A stretch of DNA of 64,000 nt from Vulcanimicrobiota bacterium (GTDB lineage Bacteria > Vulcanimicrobiota > Xenobia > Xenobiales > JADMJV01). Below the pieces are notes generated by a model, which did no database searches, had not been told where the DNA came from, and saw only the letters and a list, made by a program, of their open reading frames with translations. Numbering within the stretch: position 1 is the stretch's first letter; each line of letters opens with the position of its first letter. Of the stretch, positions 37,497 to 47,532 are shown in pieces. A program made the translations under genes and the position numbers. The stretch is from assembly GCA_050250895.1 (NCBI GenBank), contig JBFWNU010000004.1:558934-622933 (forward strand), given 5' to 3'.

Positions 37497-37624
37497 GGCG
37501 CAGTTCAGACCACGTTGAACCTGATGGAACTGCGAACGAAACGAGCGCGCCCGGGGGCGACGGCTCAGCGACCCCCACAGCCAGAAAAGGTCTGGTATCG
37601 GGGGTACTTCTCCGTCGCCGCAAC

Positions 37625-38683
37625 TTAGCCAGCTCGAGCCCATTCCAGCAGCCATTCCAATAGCCCGCTCTCTCGCTCGCGTTCAAGCTCGCGCCCGCGA
37701 CGGTCGCGCCAGACCAGCCCCTGGGGAGCAACCCCGCTCACTTGCAGGATGCCTTTGTGGATGTTCTTGTGGCAGCGCGAGCACACCACGACGAGATTCT
37801 CTGGCACCGTCGGTCCGCCCCGACAGTAAAAGACTACGTGATGCACATCGAGCCAGAGTCGGTGCGGGCAACCCGGACAAGAGCAGCGGTAGCCATCCCG
37901 CCGCAGCACGGCCCGGCGCTGGGCGGAAGTCGCCTGCCGCTTGCTGGGATTGAACCTCAACCGACCGGCCAACTGCAACTTCGTCTCGCCCGGACACACG
38001 TGTGTCTGCATTGCCAGCGCCTCGACCGGAGCGACCAGGTCCTGGGCGGCTTCAACCTTGAGTTGCTCCACCTGGCCGCCCAGAAAGTCGGCCAGGATCC
38101 ATTCGAACGCCTCGGCCGGATTGACCGTGCCGCCGTTGTCTCTCGAGATTACGGTCACCGCTCGCGACCACAGCTCGGACACCTCGGGAGCGACCCGAAA
38201 ACGAAGCTCGACCTCTTCTACCATATTCAGGGCCGCCTCGGCCGGAGTGTCACCGCGATTGGCCCCGCTCACTAAACGAGCCAGGCGATGAGGCTTGAGG
38301 CGCACCGCCAGGTCAAGCCAGGCCTCTTCGGTCTCGGGCGTCACGATGCGGGTGACTACGCGCAGGTTGGACCAGCAGATTCGGTTCTCTTCGCAGGCTT
38401 TGGAAAACAGCGGCAGCTCTTCGAGATGGCCGGCGATCCGCATCGAATCTAGTGCCTCGCGCTTCTCTACTTTGATCAGCCGGGCGAAATGGATAGCCGA
38501 GTGGCAGCCGGTCTCGGCGCAAAAATCGGTGCGCTCGATAACCAATAGACATCGTCCCAGCAGGATGCGAGTCAGGGCCAGGGTGTTGGCCAGGCGACGG
38601 ATCACCCTTTCCAGCCGCTCGTGAGGGAGCTTGCTCAAGTTTTCGACGGTCCAGAATTCGCGTTGCTTTTGATCGGTAATCAT
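37625..38683 (-). CDS. HNH endonuclease with a DUF222-like N-terminal region
   Basis: RRAVLRRDGYRCSCPGC...LDVHHV....GG.T...NL...C.RCH..IH.G; TTGACG-N18-TATCAT-N6-ATG places the start at 38683. Confidence 0.88.
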   Translation of the reverse strand: MITDQKQREFWTVENLSKLPHERLERVIRRLANTLALTRILLGRCLLVIERTDFCAETGCHSAIHFARLIKVEKREALDSMRIAGHLEELPLFSKACEENRICWSNLRVVTRIVTPETEEAWLDLAVRLKPHRLARLVSGANRGDTPAEAALNMVEEVELRFRVAPEVSELWSRAVTVISRDNGGTVNPAEAFEWILADFLGGQVEQLKVEAAQDLVAPVEALAMQTHVCPGETKLQLAGRLRFNPSKRQATSAQRRAVLRRDGYRCSCPGCPHRLWLDVHHVVFYCRGGPTVPENLVVVCSRCHKNIHKGILQVSGVAPQGLVWRDRRGRELERERESGLLEWLLEWARAG

Positions 38684-39049
38684 AAGTCCATGATAGCCTT
38701 TGCCCCCGTTGTTCGTCAAAGATTCGATGCGGCCCAAACCCTTATTTTACAGGCAATTGCGCATTTTCTAAACGATGATTATTCGAGCTTTTCGGGGCCG
38801 AAATGAAGTTTTCTTCAAACACGGCTGTTCAAGTGCCTGAGGGGGTCCTGGAGGGGCTATCACGAGCAGTTTAGGGGCGAGGCTCCTCCCGGGCGGTTGG
38901 GCGGCCGCATCTGAAAAAAGTTTGACACACGTGTGCGCGGCGCGGGGTTAGACGATCTGGTGGAGTCGTTAGCCACGACAATGATGGCAACATGATCGCA
39001 CGGGTTCTCGACCCGAGCGGTACGCCAGCGACGACCAACTTCGAGCTGG

Positions 39050-39395
39050 ATGTTCATGAGCGTCTCAACATTTCTTCCATGTGATGGCGAGTCAAAAGCG
39101 ATTTTCAGGGCGTCAAGCTCCCGGGTATTCAGCTTGGAAAGCTGCTGTAGAAGGCCGGCTAGCTCTACGTCTTCGACCGCCATCCCAGCGATCACACCTT
39201 TATCATCCAACAGCAGTTGTTCTACGGGACTTCGAGAGCTTCGGCGACCTTTTCCAAAGTGCCCATGCGAGGATTCACACGATCCGTTTCCCAGCTGGCG
39301 ACATAACTCTGCGAAACGCCAACGAGATCAGCCAGTTCCCGCTGCTTGAGGCCTTTCTGCTTGCGGTGTTTCGCGATGATCTGACCGATGCTCAC
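39050..39395 (-). pseudogene. Frameshifted XRE-family HTH regulator (3' end approximate)
   Basis: GTG 39395 gives MSIGQIIAKHRKQKGLKQRELADLVGVSQSYVASWETDRVNPRMGTLEKVAEALEVP* (stop 39222); continues in another frame as VEQLLLDD...DVELAGLLQQLSKL. Confidence 0.8.
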
Positions 39396-39615
39396 CTCTT
39401 AGGAAATCCTGTAAGAATGACGTGACTCCTCGTAGCCTAGTCACTAAACGAAATAAGGTCGCGGTTACTCCAGGAATGTAATTACAAGAGGGCGTGAGCG
39501 TCGCTGAAAGGCGCTCGAGAGAGAGCCAACTCGCCAGATTCACCAACCCTTCCCTTCCTCGCCTTTTGCGGCTCGGCGGCCGAGTGCCGACTCCGGGAAC
39601 TTGGAGCCGCCGTGC

Positions 39616-40506
39616 CTAGATATAGAACCAGCCATCCTCTTCCTTGAGTCCGGGCCCTTCGAAAGTGAGCCGCTCCCGGACCGGTCGACCGTTGGTGTCG
39701 GTTCCGTCGTAGGGCACCGATTGGCCGTAGTGGTCGGCCAGGGTCGTTCCATCCACCCGCTCGACATAGACGGCGTGCCCAAAGCTGCTCACGACCGTGC
39801 TCTCTCCCAACAGTGGATCCTCACCCGCCATCGCTCGCACCCTGGTCTCGCTCCCCACTCCGAGATAATTGGCGCAGTGGCGCGGACGTTGACCCGAGCG
39901 CAGATCCTCGAGAGCTCGCTCGAAGCGCTGGTGCTCACTCAGCCAACCCTCGACCAACCCCATTTTCAGATCAGCCGCCGGCATCAGCTGGGCCCGTCGG
40001 GCGGCGGCCACCGCGTAGGCGAAGATGGCAAAGGTTTTGGTGGGCGAGGCCGCTCCCTTGAGGCAGGCAGAATCGCGAGCCAGGGCCACTTCTTCCTCAG
40101 TAAGACTGACCACCGCCCCGTCGCGTAGAGTGACCCGAAAGCCATCCTCGAGCCGCTTGACCGACTTGAAGAGCTTGCGACCGAACACTTTCATGGCGGC
40201 TTTGACGGTAGCCACCAACGCACAGTTTCCCTGACTGGTCTGAGCGAAGTCGACCACCAGGGCATCGGTCTCGAGAGGCAGTTGGAAGGCCTCGGCGAGC
40301 AGGCGGTCTTCCTGCTCGCTCCAATCGGGTGCAAAAACCCGGCCATCCCAGGCGAACTGCGGGCTGTAGACGTCCGGCCCACGGTTCCAACGGCAAGCCT
40401 CGCGCAGTGCCCTCGCAACCCGAGCGAGTCCCCACGGCGATCCGCCGGTGAGAATGGGTGCAATGCCTTGATACGGCAACGTTTTGAGTGCGACGCCCCC
40501 AACCAT
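39616..40506 (-). CDS. Putative papain-fold cysteine protease; 5' end doubtful because it runs into the duplicated element
   Basis: FAQTSQGNCALVATVKAAM...GHAVYV...D. Confidence 0.55.
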   Translation of the reverse strand: MVGGVALKTLPYQGIAPILTGGSPWGLARVARALREACRWNRGPDVYSPQFAWDGRVFAPDWSEQEDRLLAEAFQLPLETDALVVDFAQTSQGNCALVATVKAAMKVFGRKLFKSVKRLEDGFRVTLRDGAVVSLTEEEVALARDSACLKGAASPTKTFAIFAYAVAAARRAQLMPAADLKMGLVEGWLSEHQRFERALEDLRSGQRPRHCANYLGVGSETRVRAMAGEDPLLGESTVVSSFGHAVYVERVDGTTLADHYGQSVPYDGTDTNGRPVRERLTFEGPGLKEEDGWFYI

Positions 40507-41120
40507 TGTCGGCTATCTCACGAACTTTGCGCAACTTGTCTAGTGGGATTTACCCCCTGGTCTTCGCACGTGCCCATTTAGCGTCAACGACTGGGCGGAC
40601 GCGAGCAGACGGTCCTGCTCAAAGCCGCCGTGGTCCAGATTCTGAACTTCAATACCTCGAACGTCTTCACAAGATGAAATCAAAGTGATCTCAACAGTCG
40701 GGACATCTTTCTGGAGTACACGCACGTCCCCAGCTGGGAAGCGACAGACGAGAGCATCTGTGTGCGAGACGGTCTGGTGATCAGTGCCATTGGGCGCCTT
40801 CGTGTGGAAGCTTGTGAGCTCAAGCCGGGAGAGAACTTTTCGCCAAGTTCTCTGAAGAAGTCGCTCTCTGACATTGGGTGGCAACAGACAGAAGAGGTCT
40901 CTTTTTACAACATCATCCGAACCACCTATCTTTGCCGGGAAACGCCAATTTGGAGACTCCAGGTCAACGAGGATGCGACCGCGGGCATCTTCCTTGGCGC
41001 CCTTTTGCAGTTGCAAGACTAAGGGCCCCGCGCGCTTGCGGCTGGCACCCTCCGCCAACGTCCAATCCTCCGCGGCCCACCGCGGATCTCCGCGGTTTCC
41101 CCAAGTCGAGCGCCCACGCT

Positions 41121-41516
41121 CTAGCCGACGATACTACCGCCGGTGAAGTCGTTCTCGAGGCGGTCCATGTTGTCTTCGGTGATGCCGATCAGCTCGGCCA
41201 TCACCCGCGAGCCCTCTTCAGCCAGGCGCAACGCCTCGGCCGCTGCCTCGGGGTTGCGGTCGTGAGCGTAGCCACGCAACAGCTCGACCGCCTCATAGAC
41301 TAGCTCGAGCGAATCCTTGGCATCCTCCATCAACTGCTGCTCTTCCGGAGCCTTGTCGCCGACCTGGATCTGATCGAGCTGTTCATACCACCCTTTCACC
41401 TGGGCCTCGAACTGGTCGAGGTTGCTCAGAAAAGTGGGACCGTCGAGGTGACCCTGGTCGAACTGCTGCACCAGCGTGGCGGCGATGTGATAAGGGCTGT
41501 TGGGATACTGCTCCAC
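41121..41516 (-). CDS. Acidic helical hypothetical protein
   Basis: Clean ORF with genome-like codon usage. Confidence 0.7.
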   Translation of the reverse strand: MEQYPNSPYHIAATLVQQFDQGHLDGPTFLSNLDQFEAQVKGWYEQLDQIQVGDKAPEEQQLMEDAKDSLELVYEAVELLRGYAHDRNPEAAAEALRLAEEGSRVMAELIGITEDNMDRLENDFTGGSIVG

Positions 41517-41558
41517 CTGCCAGAACTACGGGGAACGCCCGTGCTTATCCTGGTCTGG

Positions 41559-41609
41559 TCAGGGCAAGCTGATCTGCCACGAGACGCCGAAGCGGTCGTT
41601 GAGCCACGC
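41559..41609 (-). pseudogene. C-terminal fragment of a VOC/PhnB-family gene
   Basis: Translates as AWLNDRFGVSWQISLP*; rest of the gene is absent. Confidence 0.6.
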
Positions 41610-41689
41610 ATATGGTAAACCACCCGCCAAAACCTTGCAAGCTTGAGCCTCTCGCGGGGTGAAGGGTAGCCGCTCTCGAAGGAGCCAGT

Positions 41690-42820
41690 ATGAGCCTGGA
41701 GGACTTCCTCAAAGAGCAGAGTGGCGGAGGAGGCGAATCGGGCCGATTCACCGTCAACCACGCCCGCGCCCTCGAGCTGATGCGGACCTATCAGCTACCC
41801 GAGCCTCGCGCCTACATCCTGAAGCTGGTGCAATGGGCTGTGGCTTGCCAACCCCGCCTGATCGAAGTCAGCGCGGATCGCGAGCACGTGAGCGTGCGCC
41901 ACGACGGGCAACCGGTGGCCGACGAGGTTCTGGCCGCCATCCTGGATGCCAGAGTCGACTTTCACCACCTTTCGCGAGGGCTCTACGGGGCCCTGGGGCT
42001 GGCGCCGGCCGAGCTCTGCCTGACTACGGCCGGCCGGCGCTACGAGTTGGTTTCGGGCAAGCAAGAGAAGGTGGCGGGGGAACCAGAGACGGTCACGGTC
42101 TTGGGACTGCGAAAGCGCCCTTTAGAAACGAGCCCCATGGTTCGGCGCGCCCTGCGACAGCGTTGGGCAACCATGAGCGTGGAAGGCCCTCTGCAGACCA
42201 TGATTTGGGATGCCACCGGTCTGGCCGGTCTGGAGGCGAGTCTGCTGAGAACCTTTTGTTACTGGTGCAAGGTGCCCTTGCGGTTGAATGGCAAGTTTCT
42301 CAACCGGCCGGGGGACGCCAACTTCGATTACGTCTGGGAGGATGGTGTGCTGGCCATGACCGATCACAACCTCACCCGGGGAAACAGCCTCTTCGTCTGC
42401 CACTTCGGCGAGGGACCTGCCGAGGTGCTGGCAGGCTGCCCCAGCCAAAGACTCAAGCTGGTCTGGGCCGAAGGGGAGCGGGAAATCGAACCCGAGGCCC
42501 GGGAAACGCTGCCCCACATCACCATCAACGGGGGCCCGGTAGCGGCCGCCCTGGGCTACAGCCGGCACTTTGCCGCCGCGGGCCTCGGTCGGCAAATCTA
42601 CTTCCTGAAGGATGGAGTGGTCATCGACAGCTTCAGCGAAACGTCTCGCCGCAGCAGCTTCGCGTTCTTCTCGGCCGGTCCCCTTCGGTGCGGCGCCGAC
42701 GGCTTCGGGTTGCTGCGCAACGCCGAATTCGAGGCCTACGTGGCCGAGCTGCGTCAGCGGTTGGACTTTTTCGACGCCTTCTTCGCCAAGCGCTCCAAGA
42801 CGTGGTTTCTTCCCATGTGA
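41690..42820 (+). CDS. Hypothetical protein with a degenerate GHKL-like N-terminus
   Basis: SGRFTVNHARALELMRTYQL...YILKLVQWAVA; AAGGAG RBS. Confidence 0.7.
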   Translation: MSLEDFLKEQSGGGGESGRFTVNHARALELMRTYQLPEPRAYILKLVQWAVACQPRLIEVSADREHVSVRHDGQPVADEVLAAILDARVDFHHLSRGLYGALGLAPAELCLTTAGRRYELVSGKQEKVAGEPETVTVLGLRKRPLETSPMVRRALRQRWATMSVEGPLQTMIWDATGLAGLEASLLRTFCYWCKVPLRLNGKFLNRPGDANFDYVWEDGVLAMTDHNLTRGNSLFVCHFGEGPAEVLAGCPSQRLKLVWAEGEREIEPEARETLPHITINGGPVAAALGYSRHFAAAGLGRQIYFLKDGVVIDSFSETSRRSSFAFFSAGPLRCGADGFGLLRNAEFEAYVAELRQRLDFFDAFFAKRSKTWFLPM

Positions 42821-42834
42821 GAGGGGCTGCCGAG

Positions 42835-42898
42835 GTTAACATCTCGTTCACACCGTGAGGCGTGATTTTATCGGGGGCGTCGAGGCGCGTCCTATCCT
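42835..42898 (+). promoter_or_regulatory. GTTAACA-N4-GTTCACA-N11-GATTTTATCG-N19-TATCCT
   Basis: Spacing identical to 34381-34444. Confidence 0.6.
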
Positions 42899-42919
42899 GG
42901 CTTCAGGAGGACTACCGCA

Positions 42920-43909
42920 ATGATCATCACCAGCAATCCGATTTCCAAGCCCACCCTCACCCGCAAGCCCAACGCCCCCGAGGCCCAGGCGTCGGCGGCC
43001 AGGCCGACCGCGCCGGCGGCTGCGCCTGCCAATCCCATCGAAGAGTTCTTCGCCGGCATCGGCAAGCTACTCTTCGGCGAGCACAAGAGCGACCTTGGCA
43101 ACGACGGGCGCAAGGAGGAGGTCTTCTCGGCCGACCCTAAAGCCGACGATCGCCGCTCGATGATTTTTGTGGGCGGAGCCGGCACCAAGTTCGAAGACTC
43201 CAAGGACGAAGCCAAGTATCTGGCCGATCGGCTGGGTCGCGACGTGACCCTCATCCACAATGCTACCGAGATTCCCGAGATCGAGGGCGGCCTGTTCAGC
43301 TTTCTGACCGCTCCCGCGGCCACTCTCGAGGGGGCTGGCAAGGACCTGGCCCAGGTGGCCGACGACTTCGAAGGCAAAGGCAACGACCCGGCCGTGGATG
43401 CGGTCAAGACCGAAGTGCGCAACCGCCTTCTGCGCGGCGCCGACAAGGTCGACCTGTTGGGCTCGAGCCAGGGCAACGCCATCATCATGCGAGCCCTGCG
43501 CGAACTCAACGAAGAGCCGGGCATGGACGTGCTGATGGACAAGATCAACGTGGTCAACATGATGGGCCCGGTGCGCCAGCAAGATTACCCTGAGGGTGTG
43601 CATTACCAGCACGTCGAGATGGCTACCGATCCGGTCACCCAGCTGCTGGGCGAGAACGTCCCTCAGGCAGAGCTGGCCGATCGTCAGGCTCGCTACCGCG
43701 ACCGCGTCTTCACCCTGCCCCAGCTGATGCTCGCCGGCGGCTGGCCGGGCCATAACCCTCACGCCATCCTGGGACCGGCGCCCGGGGGCAGCAATATCGA
43801 CGACCACGAGTTGGGGACGCTGCACCTGACCCGAGCAGAGCTGTTGGCCCAACAAGCCGAAAACGTACGGCGCATCACCGACCTGTTCGATGGCGCTCAA
43901 CAGGCCTGA
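42920..43909 (+). CDS. Alpha/beta-hydrolase-fold protein with a low-complexity N-terminus
   Basis: LLGSSQGNAI nucleophile elbow, DPV motif and a later His; AGGAGG RBS. Confidence 0.7.
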   Translation: MIITSNPISKPTLTRKPNAPEAQASAARPTAPAAAPANPIEEFFAGIGKLLFGEHKSDLGNDGRKEEVFSADPKADDRRSMIFVGGAGTKFEDSKDEAKYLADRLGRDVTLIHNATEIPEIEGGLFSFLTAPAATLEGAGKDLAQVADDFEGKGNDPAVDAVKTEVRNRLLRGADKVDLLGSSQGNAIIMRALRELNEEPGMDVLMDKINVVNMMGPVRQQDYPEGVHYQHVEMATDPVTQLLGENVPQAELADRQARYRDRVFTLPQLMLAGGWPGHNPHAILGPAPGGSNIDDHELGTLHLTRAELLAQQAENVRRITDLFDGAQQA

Positions 43910-43936
43910 GCAGCGGCGACTGAGAATTACTCGCCC

Positions 43937-45142
43937 ATGAGGTTCCGCTACTGGGCGTCCGCCGATGGCGGGCAGGCCCGGGATGGGGTCGTGGAAGCCC
44001 GCTCCCTGCTCGAGGCCCGTACCAAACTGTCGCGCCAGGGCTTGACGGTGCTCGTGCTCGAACCTGAGGGCCGGGTCGAGCCCGACCAGCCCGAGGCTCG
44101 CAAGCAAATGGCGGGATTGCTCTCGGCCGACGACCGCATGCTGTTCCACCTCCAGTTGTCGACTCTGCTGGCCAGCGGAGTGCCCATCGTGGAGGGGCTC
44201 GAGGTGCTCAGCCGCAGCGACTCGCCGGCCCTCAACGCGGTGGTCGAGGAGCTGTGCGTCAGGCTCTGCAAAGGTCAGACCATGGCCGCGGCCATGGCGT
44301 CCTGTGGAGCCTTCGGACCGGTCGAGATCAGTCTGGTGCAAGTGGCTGAAGAGACCGGCTCACTGGCCCAGATGTTCTCGCGCCTGGCCAGCCGATTGCG
44401 GGCCCTGGTCACGCGCCGCAATGACCTCGTCTCGGCCCTGGCCTATCCGGCCGTCATCCTGGTGGTGTGCGTGGGGCTGTTGGGGTTGCTGGTGGGCTAT
44501 ATGCTGCCTCAGTTCACCAGCATCTTCCAAAGCCTGGGCAGCGACCTGCCCTGGCTGACCCGAATGCTGTTGGGCCTGACCTCGGGGCCGTGGCTGCCGA
44601 TGGGGGCCCTGCTGGTGCTGATGGCGGGCTTCTCGCTGTGGTATTCGAGTCGCCGCGGAGGAAGCGGCCAACTGCTGCTCGAGAAGTTTCTCTACGAGGC
44701 ACCGCTGGTCGGACCGCTGGCTTTAAAGGCGCTGTTAGCCAGGCTGGGAAGCGATCTGGCCCTGATGGTCTATCTGGGTGTTCCCCTCGACAAGGCGCTG
44801 GGTCTTTTGGGGCGCCCGAGCAGCGGCTATTACTGCATGGACGAGGCCCTGCGTATGACCCGGGTCGAGCTGCAAGCCACCGGCGACCTGGCCCAGGCCT
44901 TTCGACAGTCGCCGCTCTTTCCCGAGGCCTTTGTGCAGATGGTGGTGGTGGGCCTGGAGGTGGGCCGGCTGGGCAATTTTCTCGACCAATATGCCAGGCT
45001 CGCCAACCTCGAGACCGAACTCGCCCTCGAGAACCTGTTGGGGTTGCTCGAGCCGCTCATCCTGGTGATTCTGGGCCTGGGAGTGGGTCTGGTGGTTTTG
45101 TCCGCGTTCTTACCAATGTACCAGGTGTTGTCCCAATTTTGA
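43937..45142 (+). CDS. Type II secretion system F / PilC family protein
   Basis: MRFRYWA...G.VEA, QL.TLL.SGVP, EETG.L, LAYP and LLEP motifs. Confidence 0.9.
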   Translation: MRFRYWASADGGQARDGVVEARSLLEARTKLSRQGLTVLVLEPEGRVEPDQPEARKQMAGLLSADDRMLFHLQLSTLLASGVPIVEGLEVLSRSDSPALNAVVEELCVRLCKGQTMAAAMASCGAFGPVEISLVQVAEETGSLAQMFSRLASRLRALVTRRNDLVSALAYPAVILVVCVGLLGLLVGYMLPQFTSIFQSLGSDLPWLTRMLLGLTSGPWLPMGALLVLMAGFSLWYSSRRGGSGQLLLEKFLYEAPLVGPLALKALLARLGSDLALMVYLGVPLDKALGLLGRPSSGYYCMDEALRMTRVELQATGDLAQAFRQSPLFPEAFVQMVVVGLEVGRLGNFLDQYARLANLETELALENLLGLLEPLILVILGLGVGLVVLSAFLPMYQVLSQF

Positions 45143-47532
45143 TGCGAGCGGTTCTGGCCACGGTCTGCCTGGCCCTGGGGGTGGTCTGCCTGGTGGGGGG
45201 CCCTGGCCCGCGCGATGGCCCTCTGCTGCTGGTGTTCGCGGTCTTCGCCATGGCCCTCGAGGCCCGGGCCGTGGCCCTGCCGGTGGCCGGAGTGGTGTCG
45301 CTGGCCTGGGTCTTCGTGTTGGGGGCGGCGATCGCTGCCGGCCTGGGCACGGCCGCCGCCGTGCTTTTGCTGCTGGCGGTATTGACCGTTCGTTTCGCCT
45401 TAAGCCCGCGGCGCAGCCTGGAAGACTTCGTGATGGACGCCCTGCCCGCCCTGGCGGCCTCGGCCAGCCTGTTGCTGGTGCCGGGCGAGCTGGTCGGGCG
45501 GATGGTCATGGCGGCGGTGGTCTGGGCCGCCACCATCGTGTTTTTACCGGGGTTGCTGGTGCCCGAGGTCCACCCCGACCTGCAGGTGGCCTGGGGACGG
45601 GCCCGCAACGAAGTGTTGGCAGCCCTGGCCAGCCTGGGGCTGGCGGGCGGCGTGGTCGCCTTGCTGGCTGGCCAGCAGCGCTGGTCAGTGTTGCTGGTGG
45701 GAGTCATCTTGCTGGCTCTGTCCCGACCCTTACGCCTGGCCGCCGAAAGCCCCTTGCCCTCAGAGCTGCGCGCCACCCATCACCACCTCCAGCGGGCCCT
45801 CGACACCAGCCAGGCGCTCGAGAGTTCGCTGCGCCGGGTCGAGAAAGAGAAGGCCACCGCCAGCGCCGAGCTGCGCCTGTTGCGGCGGCTGGGCCAGAAG
45901 GCCGGTCGCAGTCAGAGTTTTGGCGAACTGGCCGCGGCCCTGGTGGAGGTGGCCCAAGAAGTGGCTCCGCTGCGTTCGGCCGCGCTCTTTCTCGAGGACG
46001 GGCGGGCCTGCTATTGCGACAGCCCCGATCGCGAGCGCCTCGAGTCGGCCAGCCTGCTCGAGCTTGACGAGCCTCTGGTGGAGAGGTGCCGGCGCGACGG
46101 CCAGGCCCTCTATGGCAAGCCTCCCGGTGAGAGCATCTTTCGGGGCGATGCGGTGGGGGCGGCCTTGCCGGTGGGGCGAGCTGTGCTCTATCTTGGCCGG
46201 GGCGAGGGCGAGTTCGACGCCAGCCAGCGCCAGCGCCTCGAGCTGCTGGCCGAGTCGGCCGCCGGTTGGATTCAGATGGCCCGCGCCCGCGACGCCGAAC
46301 AGAGCGCCCGCACCGCCACCGAGACGGCCCTCGAGCGCCTGAGCAGCTGGGCTGACCGCCTTTCGGCCCTGCTCAACGGCGCCCGCATTCTGGCTGGCGA
46401 GCTCGAGCCGGCCCGCCTGTTCGAGCATCTCGAGGACATGCTGCGAGCGGTCTTGCCCCACCAGCGCGGTTGTTTCTTGCGCCTGGCCGACGGGCGCCTC
46501 GAGCCCCAGCGGGTCTGGCCCGAGGCGGTCGACCCCGAGGCGGCTCTGGCCCTGGGTGAAGCCATTCTCCAGAACGGCCGTCCGCTGCTCATCGAAGAGG
46601 CCGAGTCGAGCCGGTTTGCTCCCCTGTACGCCGGCCAACAGAGCTTTTTGGGAGTGCCGGCCGAGTCGCAGTACGGTCTGGCCGGGGTACTGATGGTAGC
46701 CGGCAGCCGGCCCGGCCTGTACCAGCGCGAAGATCAGGAGTTTCTCTATCTGGTGGGCCTGCTCACAGCCGTGGCCTATCGGGCCGCCAACACCCACCAT
46801 CGCCTGAAAGAATCGCAGGCGCAACTGGTTCAAGCCGGCAAGATGGCGGCAGTGGGCCAGCTGGCGGCCGGGGTGGCCCACGAGCTGAACACTCCCCTGG
46901 GAGCGGTCATGGTGCAGCTGGGTTCGGCCAGCCTCAACCTCGAGCGCGAACGCTACGACCGGGCCGCGGATAAACTTGCCTCGGCCGAGAAAGCCGCCGA
47001 GAAGGCTCGCGAGATCATCGCCAAGCTGCTGTTCTATTCGCGCGAGGCTCAACGGGGGCGGCGCCGGGTCGACCTCAACCAGGTGGTCAACGACACCCTG
47101 GCCCTGCTGGGCTCGCAGCTGACCCACGACGAAGTCGTGGTGCGCACCGAGCTCAGCGAGCTGCCCAGTGTTCTGGCCAACCAGAACGAGCTGCAGCAGG
47201 TGGTCACCAACCTGTTGCTCAACGCCCGCGACGCCGTGCTCGAGCCTACTGCCAGAGGCAAGGAGATCGTGGTCTCGACCGGCTTTGACGGGCAGGCGGT
47301 GAGGCTGGCCGTGGCCGACCAGGGGCCGGGCCTGGCCCCCGAGGTGGTCGACCGGCTGTTCGAGCCCTTCTTCACCACCAAGCCGGTGGGCAAAGGCACG
47401 GGCCTGGGCCTGTCGGTGAGCCAGCAGATCGTGACCCAGCACGAAGGCAGTCTGAGCGCCGCCAATCGGCCCGAAGGCGGAGCCGTCTTCGAGGTGCGCC
47501 TGGCCCCGGCCCGGGGGGAGGAGCCGCGATGA
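45142..47532 (+). CDS. Multi-TM sensor histidine kinase with two GAF-like domains
   Basis: QAGKMAAVGQLAAGVAHELNTP, NLLLNARDA and FEPFFTTK..GKGTGLGL; ATG overlaps the upstream TGA. Confidence 0.92.
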   Translation: MRAVLATVCLALGVVCLVGGPGPRDGPLLLVFAVFAMALEARAVALPVAGVVSLAWVFVLGAAIAAGLGTAAAVLLLLAVLTVRFALSPRRSLEDFVMDALPALAASASLLLVPGELVGRMVMAAVVWAATIVFLPGLLVPEVHPDLQVAWGRARNEVLAALASLGLAGGVVALLAGQQRWSVLLVGVILLALSRPLRLAAESPLPSELRATHHHLQRALDTSQALESSLRRVEKEKATASAELRLLRRLGQKAGRSQSFGELAAALVEVAQEVAPLRSAALFLEDGRACYCDSPDRERLESASLLELDEPLVERCRRDGQALYGKPPGESIFRGDAVGAALPVGRAVLYLGRGEGEFDASQRQRLELLAESAAGWIQMARARDAEQSARTATETALERLSSWADRLSALLNGARILAGELEPARLFEHLEDMLRAVLPHQRGCFLRLADGRLEPQRVWPEAVDPEAALALGEAILQNGRPLLIEEAESSRFAPLYAGQQSFLGVPAESQYGLAGVLMVAGSRPGLYQREDQEFLYLVGLLTAVAYRAANTHHRLKESQAQLVQAGKMAAVGQLAAGVAHELNTPLGAVMVQLGSASLNLERERYDRAADKLASAEKAAEKAREIIAKLLFYSREAQRGRRRVDLNQVVNDTLALLGSQLTHDEVVVRTELSELPSVLANQNELQQVVTNLLLNARDAVLEPTARGKEIVVSTGFDGQAVRLAVADQGPGLAPEVVDRLFEPFFTTKPVGKGTGLGLSVSQQIVTQHEGSLSAANRPEGGAVFEVRLAPARGEEPR

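Noticed and set aside
37625-38683. IscB/Cas9-like RNA-guided nuclease
   Set aside because: No PLMP or split RuvC motifs; only a C-terminal HNH
40471-40937. Integron gene cassette with attC sites
   Set aside because: No clear RYYYAAC...GTTRRRY pair and no integrase in the window
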